Shown: positions 24,801 to 36,800 of the stretch, piece after piece
Layout of the letters: each line of letters starts with the position of its first letter
Position numbering within the stretch: position 1 is the first letter of the stretch
NCBI GenBank assembly: GCA_965285935.1
Contig: OZ260663.1
Location: 32,426,001-32,490,000 of the forward strand
Length of the DNA: 64,000 nt
Reading direction: 5' to 3'
Source: Ophelia neglecta
Taxonomy: Eukaryota
The notes under the pieces: generated by a model
What the model was told of the DNA's origin: nothing
What the model saw: the letters and a program-made list of their open reading frames with translations, nothing else
Databases searched by the model: none
Made by a program: the position numbers and the translations under genes

Positions 24801-27800
24801 CAGATTTAAGAAGTACCATGGTCTGAACAAAATATAATTTACATATATTGAAAGAATTCTTCAACAGAGTTATTTTCTGAATTATTTTTAAACTTTGTGG
24901 GTATGGTGAGAAATGATCAGTTGAAGTTAAGGCCTAACGCTTCCCCAAGTCCCAGTACAAAGTTTTGACAAATGAGTCATGTTGGGTTATAACATGGCTG
25001 TAGATCATTTTGATACCAATAAAGCTCTTGACATAGATTTTGCCATTACACAAAGCTGTGGGATTTGGGGAAGGAGAGAGAAAGGATGATAAGGTTAGGG
25101 TTGGACAGAGCGTATGATCAGTGAGAAGAGGCCCCTGGACGAAATGGAACATAGCAAGGACAAAGATTGAAAGATGGGGCCAGTGTTGGAGCTAGGAAGA
25201 TGGAAAAAGGAGGGAGGGAAGAGATTGGATGCTGAGGGGCTGCTTCATTTTCTGTCAAGAAACTTTGTCTTTATTCTTCAATAGAAACCCGGACACTTTC
25301 TTGCAAAAATGAGGATATTGGTGATCAAATTTGAGAAGCCAACTTCACCCATCATTAAGCCTGGGTCAATGTGAGTGTATCCTGCTTGATTCAACCTACA
25401 TACACCAGTAGATCATTCATATTTAAATATTAAGGTACAGTGCCATTGAGAAATTCTTCAACATGTTCTGGACAAGTGCCTGTTAGTGGTTATGGGGCTT
25501 ATTGATAAGAAAAAATGGTAATTTGAAAGTATTTTCCAGGTTAACACATGACAAAATATTTCATTGATTCGTAGTCTGTGGTTGAAACTTTCAGTGTAGA
25601 AGCAGAAAATTTAACAAACAGAACAGAATTTTTCATTTATTCTGGAATAATTTAATTTAGACTTAAACAGCCCATTGACTGACTTTACCATACCTTTATA
25701 TACAAACAAATGACGTCAAAGACGACAACACTTTTCAACTTACATCTGCATTAGATTCCGAGAGTTTATAAAAGTCCTGCAGAGCCCTCAGTGTTTTTTG
25801 ACCCATGTTTTTATCAGGAGAAGGTCTTCAAGTAACAGAACCAACTGATTAGTTTCAAGCTGAAAATAGAGAATTAGCTGTTCAATTTTTATTGGTTTAA
25901 AAAATATTCATCAAGACTTAGATTCAAAGTATAATAATGGTCCAAATGAGCCAGTGTGCATGTGCTTGTTATTTAAGGTCAATTACTAGGATTATAAATA
26001 TGGACAAAGTCACATGATTATATTCATACCAGTTATGTAATACAAGTGAACTTGTCACAGCCCCATCATAGAAATTAATGAAATAGTGTATTCACAGTTT
26101 TAAAGTGTGATGATTTGTACGGCACAGTGACAGTGGATCTCAAGAATGCCACATTGTAACTTCTAAATAAACACTGACATGTCAGTCGTCACTTTATACC
26201 TCTTTTTTTTAAAGATTTGCTACAGATATTGATAGCACAATTGTGTTATGAATCACAGACACTTACTGACATTCCAATTTTATACCCCAATTTATCAACT
26301 TTCTATAATAATAATTAAAATAGGAGGGTAATAAATATTCTAGTAATTAATTTAACAATCAACCCACAAGCACTGGCACCATAGGCCGTTGCATATTGTC
26401 AAGTCACATACCACACATATTACCATACCATTGTCAAGTCCCATATCACACATATTACCATACCTTTGTCAAGTCCCATACCACACATATTACCATATAC
26501 CATTGTCAAGTCCCATATCACACATATTACCATACATTTGTCAAGTCACATACCACACATATTACCATACCTTTGTCAAGTCCCATACCACACATATTAC
26601 CATATACCATTGTCAAGTCCCATATCACACATATTACCATACATTTGTCAAGTCACATACCACACATATTACCATACCTTTGTCAAGGCCCATACCACAC
26701 ATATTACCATACCGAAAATAATTAATTACTTCAATTACTTTTGAATTGCATTCCATTTCAATCATAATGAACTAAACCTAGTCTTGTGCCACACATTCCC
26801 TCCGCGCGTTATTTTTAGATACTGATGTACTGCCGTAGGGTCTTGTAAAACTGCCTCTGGCCAAGTGCCCTCCCGACACAGAATCCGTGTCCTGCCTATC
26901 AGCGGCCAGTCCACTAAACCGGGTCACCCAGTGCGGTGTGATTGGACACGCGGCCACGCTATCTGTGTCAAGCAACATTGCTGTCGGTACGTTCGCAATT
27001 GAATCGGGCTCAGCAATCTTTGGAAATTTGAACCTGAATGTGAGATGAAATTTACTAGGCATAACAAGCGACTGAAACACCTGATTCTACCACGATAAAA
27101 CACGGAGAACACGTGAGCTGCCATGTTGGATTGAACAGCTGATCTGGGAAATCCCGAAGGTTGCCGAACGTAATGCTCAATCTAGGTCACAGCAGGTCAG
27201 AGTTCACAGCCTTACTTTGACCGTAAACGCTAGGCTTTGCTGCGCCATCTCCCGGCCATTTCAGTGGGGCACTTGGCTGCAGGCAGTGTTATCAGACTAA
27301 ATGATAGGTAGCTTGCGGATTATACATTTAGGCTGGTGGAGTAAGACTAAACTAAACCCTTAGCAGTGATGTTTTTAGTATATATATCTTTCCTATACTT
27401 AGGTAAAAATATCAAAGTAATTAGTAATTGTAATTAATTACTTTCAAAAGTAATTGTAATTGTAATTATTACTTCCAGAAAAGAAAGTAATGGTAATTGT
27501 AATGGTAATTATGAATTTTTGAAGTAATTGTAATGGTAATTAATTACTTTAGACAAGTAATTGCCCCAGGCCTGTCCCATACCACACATATTACCATACC
27601 TTTGTCAAGTCCCATACCACACATATTACCATACCTTTGTCAAGTCACATACCACACATATTACCATACCTTTGTCAAGTCACATACCACACATATTACC
27701 ATACCTTTGTCACATTTGTCTTAATCCAGGGCTAACGACAGGTTTATGCCAGCTGTACTTTTTCATCTTAAACATTCTGCACTGTGCGTCATCTATATTG

Positions 27801-30800
27801 TAATTGCACAATACATATTTGACAAACATGCATTTCATTTGGGAATAAACTTTCTCATTTACTAGTAACATTCAATTCTATTGCACATCCATCTACTAGT
27901 GTCTCCCTCTTTCCAAAGTATATGAAAGCCTGGCAACTTAATTGTTCGTTCTACAGAACATGATGAAATACAGGGATTGAAGCTCCTGTGATCATATCAA
28001 TTGCCATCTTACCATGCACCACACACACTGTAGTTCCATTTATCAGGGAGTTTCTAAAGTATGAAATGTTTTCACCCCAGCAGAATATTGATTGTATGCA
28101 TAATTTCAAAGAAGCATGGAATAAAGGCAGATAGTTTCACTTTATATCAGAACTATCTATTGTCCAATACAGCAATGTCATATACTTAGTTTAAGGAGAT
28201 AATTCAATACAATCTGTGACTAGAACCCTTGCAATTACCTGACCTGCTTACAGAGAGCACACATGTTGTGTGAAGTGAAAATAAAAGAACAATTTGGTCC
28301 TAAAAATAAGGTAATCCATTTTATGAAGTGTCTTGATCCTAGGAATTACACTGATGTGATGTTATTTCAAAAAAATGAATTGGTTAAATATTCAAGACAA
28401 GGTTAAGTATAATATTGTGTCTTGTATATAAACGTCTGAATGGGCTGGCCACAACATGTACACACAGTAAAATTTTCCACAATCATTCCAGAAGGAATAT
28501 TTCACGTAATGTATTTCTGCCCAGGGTTGGTAAATCTAGTTTTTCATTTACTGGTGCTAATCTCTGGAACGACCTGCCAGACAGAGTATAATCATATTCT
28601 GATATTGCTGGATGAAAAATTTTTTGAAGCATTATTATTTTGACAAATGGTCAGAAACTTTGTATCTGAATTCTTAGTTTACTAGTTGAAATTTTATATT
28701 TTTATTTCCTGATATCTATGATGTTTCGGGGTATTCTAATATTTTGAAGGACCACCTTAATAATAAGACTTTATGTAAGATTTTAGGTGCTATCCTGTCA
28801 TGTGATGCAGGCTTTTACCTGAGATTCCTTCCTTTGTGCCATTTATATAATGTGGTTTCGCTTTCTATGTCCCGTTTACCTTTTGCACTATTCTTTAATT
28901 ATACTGTGAAGTTTATATGATAAAAATAAATCAAAATCAGACTGAAACTATATTCCAATATAAGTATTGTGTTGATAAAATAACAGAAAAAGAGGAGAAA
29001 GTGTGGATGGAGCATTTAACTGCATAACAGATACCAGCAAATGAAAACACCTTGGATATGAGACCCATGGTCAAATACAAGACCTTCATCGAATTCCTTG
29101 CCTAGGACTTCCTATTAGTTGCCAATACATCTGTTATATCTATCTTGTAAAATTTAGCTGGTTTAGAGTAGCAATAAAAAATCTCATTTGACCTTGAAAA
29201 ATAGGGCTAAGTTCCAATTCAAGGTCACCGATGGAATCCTTGTTTATGATTTCTTATTAGAGGTCAATATATTTATATGTCTATTCTGCACTATTAAGGA
29301 TCTAGCCTATCAAACTAAATCAATAATTTTAATTTGACTTTGAAATTGAGACCCAAGGTCAAATTCAAGGTCACCACTGGATTCCTTGTTTATGATTTTC
29401 TTATTAATGGTCAATAAATATGATACATGTATTTAAAATTGCACTGTTCACAGACGGATCACAGACGGATGGATAACCTGACAACATTATGCTTCTGGTC
29501 CAATCGGGGAGGAGGAATGATAATGTTCACCCCTTGAAACATCCCAAAGAAGTTTCTTGTTTTAAATCAATCAGGTTGAATTATAAGCACGAGGTTCCAC
29601 AATTTGCAAACCAATATGATTCTTCTACATGCTGGTATACTCCCCCCCCCCACCACCACCACATACATCCCCACATCCACATGAATAAGTAATGACCTAA
29701 TTATTGTGATCTAGAAGTTCATATATATCTAGATTGTCATATATATAGATCAATATATGTGTGTGTGTGGGTGTGTGTGTGTTTCATTTCCAGGTATACC
29801 TTATTGCCCTGTTATGGATTTTATTTAATTAAGGAAATTTTCCTGGATGGTAGGATTTACATTCAACAAAATGTGAGTTTATTTCCCCAGCAGGTCAGCT
29901 AGTTCCCTTTGGGTACACACACAGACGGTTGTTATTTGTCCTTGAATTTAATATCCAACATACATATTAGACAACAGTTCTGATAAAAAGGGAAAAAAAT
30001 GTTCCATTTCCATGATTCTTTTAAATTATGCATTAGGAGAAAAATATGTAGGACTGACAAAAATTGTACATACGTAAAAACACCTTACATCACATAAGTT
30101 TGGTGGAAAAGGTGCCATAATTGTCTAAAGCAGTCTGTGGCATTTAAAAATGCCAGATGCAAAGGGAACTTAGCACCCCAGACAGCCATCATTGTCAGCC
30201 CACTTTTTGAGTGGTTGGCAATAATGTGTGTTCTGTTCTTAGAAGAGGTTTAAGGCCTTCATCTACAGCATAACTACTTAGCATCAAAGCTATGTCAAAT
30301 GTTTATTCAACCCTTTGCAGCATTGTCTAATAATCTGGTAAGTGTTTGGTTGACATTTTCATTCAATAAGAAGGCATTTCTTAGCTCAGCTTAGAAAATG
30401 TGGCACAGCTTATTAAATCATATTTGTGACTTTTTCTATATATGTGGTTCAACTGCCCTGCTGACCACAATTGCTTGACTCCTTTTCAAAAACAATAACT
30501 GTATGTTTTCTTAATCATGGCTGCTTTATTAATAAAGTTTACGTAGAGATTTAAAATCTGGATTCGATGCTCTGGGTGATACCTTTTTTTTAGATCATTT
30601 ATGAAAAACAAATGTGTTCTGAATTAAGAAAAAAAGGTTCCAGCTTCTTTATTTCCTGCCAAATAAATTTTATTTTTACATATTTGCCTATTTCCCTAGC
30701 TTGCATTGAAAATAATTTTTGGATTTCACTAAATAAACAATTGTTATTCTTTTATATCCCAATAACAAGCCCATATAAATGCTAGCTGTGATCACTACAA

Positions 30801-33800
30801 ATTGAAACCAATGCCAAGAGTCTATAAAAGACTGTAAAGTTTATATCAAAATTGATTGTTACCAAGTTAGTGGCAAACACTGTGCCTTGTGTAAGGAAAA
30901 ACCCTTCAGCTTTTGGATTCCCATCCCATTAATAGTAAATAACAGGTAGGTATAGGCATCCCTGGAGGCCAAGGGTTAACCCTGGGGTTGTTTGTAAGCT
31001 GATCGGCCATGTCTATAGAATTTGATCTCTATTTAGATCTTGGAATAACCATACTTGGTAACAAATCCAGTTCAAAGGAAGGATCAAGCTTCATCTTCAG
31101 CATCTAGTGATCTCAATCCATTCTCTAGGGTACACACATATATATATAAAAAGAGCTGGTACTTAACTTACATGTATACTCTGAGAGGGTCTTTATACTT
31201 GACATGTTTTTAGGGGACCAAAGGGATAGGATGGTTATTTCAGCAATACCATTCACAACCACCCTAGGAGTAATAAGCCATGTTCATTCATTAAAATGTT
31301 TTAATCACATAGTGTTAGATGTACAGCTTATAGAGGTGCCCTTGATAATGTCCTTTTATGTCCTTCATTAACGGTTTAATGAAAGCAGCAAACAAATTTT
31401 CAACAAGGAACTTGCCATTTATGCCTTCAATATAAATCTAGACTAGATCTATGCAAATGAATTAAACCTAAACTATAAGATTGTGCTTGTGCTGAATTCA
31501 ACAATAATATGCCTGAAAAAAACAATTATTGTGCTTTGACCATGGGCAGGGTGAAGTTCAAGGTCACACCTTAGATTCACAGAATAAAGTAAAATGGTAG
31601 TCTCTATACATCTCAGCACCAATGGCTAACATAGAGCCCTTCCCTCACACATCCAACAAAGATCAGTTTCCCAGCCAGTGGCATGACAGCTAGTATTGTT
31701 AACAGAGTAGAGTAGGTATTCAGAACACCTACATGGTACTAACATGTAGATGCCTTCTATATATAAATAATATAGAGGTGGTCTTCAAGGTAGGATTCAC
31801 TCTGGCCGAACTATTAACATAAACTTGGGATTAAAGATTTAGATATCCAATCACTGGCTGCATATTACGAGCAAGTCCTAATTCCTAATTTTTCTAATCA
31901 TGGACAAGTTTGGACTTCTGGACCAAAGTGTGGTTTTTGTCTGACTGCTAGGGGGTAATATATTTGACAACTGTCACTATTCTACATGCTTTAATGAACA
32001 CCCATGTAGTAAAAAGTGAAGAGCACATGATTGTATCTACATAGAACAGTGTTGAAGAGCTTTGTAAACCATACAAGCTAATTGGTCATCATAGTGTGAA
32101 GTTTTAACCAATAATTACACAGATATTGGCCTTCAAATAAAATATGACTTGATACTGAACAATTGTTTTACATATGGTGGATTATGGAAACCTAATGGGC
32201 CCTTCAGGCCACTTGGCTAGTTGGCAGTGCAGCCTAGACTGGACAGGACAAAGCAAGCAAATAATGGATGCCCTTTTTACATTTAATACTTTTAAGGACA
32301 AAGTAAACTTCATTCTCCTTTATTTAAAAAAACCCACTTCTTCAAGCATTGCAGCTGCATGATCTATGTTCATCCAATAGAAATCCACCTAAGTTCTTAT
32401 TGTGTTCCCTGATTATTGTGTTCAATGTTCAGACAAATTGATCCAATTTGTCCCTGTATATAAACCCATGGTTGGTGTTAGAATGTGATCACACGTGACC
32501 ACTACATGCCTCTATATTCACATCCTTAAAAAGGTGGGGAAAGTCTTTTGGTACAGCTGACTCACCTTTTCAAAATGAGGAGCATCCTGTTTTTGTCTTT
32601 TCACAGACTTATTTTTCTTTTTCAAAGACCAGTTCCATTTCTTCCATTTCTCTACCTAGCAAGAAAAGTGGGAACATGCAAACGGTAATGAAAAATTTGA
32701 TTCAAATAAGAAGATAATTTCATGCAGATACATATACTCAACTTGCTAATGAACGAACATCATTAAGTTCAATGCACTTTAGGTTAATATCAACACTTTT
32801 TACAATATAGAATGTGTGCATGAAATAATCTTATCTCAAAAATGTACTTTTGAAGAAAAATACAAAATAAATTGAAAGTAATATTTCCCGCTGAATCTTA
32901 GAGCAGAAAACTACCTGTTAAATTGTGTTCAACAGGACTTGACACATGAGCAGACATTCTCTAAAGTTTATGATTCAGTTGCTCAAATAAAGGATCATTA
33001 CTCAATCCAACTGCACCTTTAACATTAAATTATTCTCCTTTGAATCATCATTTCAATTATATAATATTTATTTCAGATTTGGTGTCCGCCATCCATTGTC
33101 AGGACATTTCATTATACACTAAGCATTGTTCATTCATTCAGCTTCCTGGTGCTGTGAGTATTCAAAGCAAGTGGGGAGTTTGAATTCCTTAACTGCCTTA
33201 CTTCTTGCACAGACTAATACATGTATATCACAGTGTGAGCCTGGCCATAATGTAACACAATTTACAAATCCATACAAGTTAATTTTGGTAACTAATTTGG
33301 CGTCAGTTTGTAGCCTACAGCGGAAAGGATGACAAAAAGATAATAAAAGTCTTTTTTATAATTAATTGATCACATAATCCATGTTTATTAATAATACACG
33401 TGGCCTGGAACCACTAAACTAAGGACTCGCGACTCTGGGGCGATACCCGTGTACCGCAATGTTAACTGAAATTGCAATGTTCGTTAACATGCGAACTCGC
33501 GCGAGAATAGCAGTCTTCAGTTTTCACCAATGGAGGACTAAATCGAATTACCAATTTTAGCAGATTGATGCTTAGAAAACCAATTATAAACCCGTTTTTT
33601 GCGCTAGTTGCAAGGCAAAACATATACAACAATTCATTTTACCCTTTTTATTTTAAATTATCGGGAATAACCCAAAATCCTGAAAAGAAAGTCGACACAG
33701 TGATGGCCTATCACTGCACGTAAATTGATCTAAAACCGATTACAGGTGTATATTTTGAATTCAACTTCTTTACCAATATTTCCTATAGACCCAAAAGTCA

Positions 33801-36800
33801 GGTAACATTGTGTAGGTAAATGTGTACTGCAAAGACTTGTATTGCTTTTTTGGTCCTCCCTAACATATGGAAATAACTATTTACCTTCTACTACCCCTAC
33901 CCCCCTAGACTGGTTTGTTCCCGTCATACAAAACTGGCATGGTACAGGTGTAGATTTTGAATTCAACTTCTTTATCAATATTTTTCTATAGACCCAAAAG
34001 TCAGGTAACATTGTGTAGGTAAATGTGTACTGCAAAGACTTGTATTGCTTTTATGGTCCTCCCTAACATATGGGAATAACTATTAACCTTCTACTACCCC
34101 TACCCCCCTAGACTGGTTTGTTCCCGTCATACAAAACTGGCATGGTACAGGTGTAGATTTTGAATTCAACTTCTTTATCAATATTTCCTATAGACCCAAA
34201 AGTCAGGTAACATTGTGTAGGTAAATGTGTACTGCAAAGACTTGTATTGCTTTTATGGTCCTCCCTAACATATGGAAATAACTATTAACCTTCTACTACC
34301 CCTACCCCCCTAGATTGGTTTGTTCCCGTCATACAAAACTGGCATGGTACACGTGTAGATTTTGAATTCAACTTCTTTATCAATATTTCCTATAGACCCA
34401 CAAGTCAGGTATCATTGTGTAGGTAAATGTGTACTGCAAAGACTTGTATTACTTTCATGGTCCTCCCTGACATATGGGAATAACTATTAACCTTCTACTA
34501 CCCCTACCCCCCTGGACTGGTTTGTTCCAGGGTTGGCAAAAAGCCGGCGAATACGACTATTAGCCGGGCTGGGGCCCCGGCTTTTCATGGCCAATTCTCT
34601 GGGACAATTAACTGGGCTGGATAATTGGTTTATATAAGGTAGGTTTGTGTACTGTTGTTGATCTCCCATTCATTAACTGTTTATCTAAGGTAGGTTTGTG
34701 TACTGTTGGGGATAACTCATCCAAGTTTTCTGATTGAGTTAAAGAGTAATCCAAGCAGTCCAACAAATGCCAGTCTCTGCAGTGTCTACTATTCTGTCTA
34801 GGCGTGATTACCATGCTATTTAGGTGGCTTGGGTAGGCTGGCCAGCCTTGTGAGTAACACACAATTCCAGATATTTGAAAATGTTGACTGACTTTTCACT
34901 ATTTCATACACTTTCAAACACTTTCATGGATATTGTGCTGCAAACAAAGCTGGACTTTGTGTGATATGGATCTAAAAAAGATTCTATTAGTTTCGCGATC
35001 GCTCGCTAGAGGCGTAAGTGTCGCGCTATAACGGAGTTAGCAAATCCCGTTCAGGCCAGTAGCGAGTCCTTTGGTTTGGTTGTTCCAGACGTGGCTTAGG
35101 TTTTCACTTTAAACTGACCGAGGGCAATCCCACAGAGAGTATATAATTCTAAACTTCTTTATACAGGTATATCTTAAAAGTTACAGTTGGATGGATAAGT
35201 AGTCAAATATTTGATCGCCTGACATTGATACATTTGAGACTTAACTCTCTTGTATCAGTCATTATGGACACAAAATAACGATTGCCTGCTCTCTTAAATA
35301 TTCCTCAACCACAAATAAAACTTGCAATTTGTTTACTCATACAGATGCATGTTTGTATATTTCTCCAAAAGTGCAATTTTGAAAAAAAGGTGAAACTTGT
35401 GAATTAGCACCACCCAAGAGACTAAAAATACTGGTCTGATTATAGAGGTGGTCTGTTTAGACAGATTATTTTTACAATGAAAGTGTACATCATGGTTTTT
35501 ATAGTGGCGGTCTGAATTGACAGGTGGCTGTAATATAGAGGTGCTTGTTAAGGCAGGTGTCACTGTATCGTATTCATTTTGACACTACTACTAAATCAAG
35601 TACATTGGTACACAGGTATTTATTATACTGCTTAATTTGTGACCAAAATTAATCAATTTGTTAGAGAGTGTTAACTTAATAATTCTACCAGTCAAGCAAT
35701 ACCATAACTGATGCCTTGTTATATATAGCTTACAATTTTGTGGTCTAGATAGACATTAAAATATGGCAACCGAGTAAAATCTTTTACCTCTTGATTTACT
35801 GTGACAAACAAAGGGTTTTCTGGTGATGGCTTAAACCCAGTCAATTCCTGGAAGACGAAAGAAATTTCGATTAGGTTTTCATTACATACCGATATACCAT
35901 TTACATGCAATATTACATACCATATAACATAGAGCGTAGCCAAGTTCACCTACATGTACATGTGTGACCTTCTATCCTGACTGCTTTATTGGTGGTTTTT
36001 CTGTGATATACATGTATAGCTGGTTCATATGAAGCTACAAGTGTGTAGTAAATACATCAATTTAAATATACCAAGCCAGAATTACAAATCTTCCTCCTTC
36101 TTTTGAGAATGTCATTTCTAGTAGGAAACATATCACATTCTTGAAGAGATCACCTGCCATCCATATTACTTCAATACTTTGACATCATGCATGCAAGACA
36201 CTTGATATTCCAATCTAAGGCAATATCCATCATGTTCTAGGCAGCCTACGGTATTGGACTACCAGAGGTAATATAATTATATTTGATATCATTGCTTGAA
36301 TTGGATAGGAGACAGTTTTTTGTATCTATCAGGATCATGACAGTGTCAGTTTACTCTTAGCCAATGGAGCATGCTGCTGCATACTGCTGCAGAGATAAGT
36401 TTAAAAACAAATACAGAGCAGGTAGTGATAGCTCTGAAGTATTACTCATAGTCTTATTAAATATGGCCCACAGAAAGTTTCCAATGTTCTTGATGGAGAA
36501 TCTCATATTTAGAATCAATTTCCTTAGCCTAAGTTGCATAACAAACTGGCCGTATGACAGTTTGGTCAGGCTGAACAGGAGCTGCAGAGCCTGGGCAGAA
36601 ACTAAATAAATTAGTGGAAACTGTAAACTCTGAGCAGAGAGGCTTCAGAATGGGTAAAGTTGACAGGATGTTAGTGAAAAGCAGACGTTGCCAGCAGAAA
36701 ATAAAACAGAATACTGTAATAGCAGGCAGCCAGTCAGCTGAAAAGAAGCCTCACCGTAACAACCAAACTTTTTAAACTCAATTGATGCTGCAGTGTGTTT

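Noticed and set aside
26389-27803. His/Thr/Tyr-rich repetitive ORFs
   Set aside because: They are translations of the 35-bp minisatellite in all frames; the unit length is not a multiple of 3.
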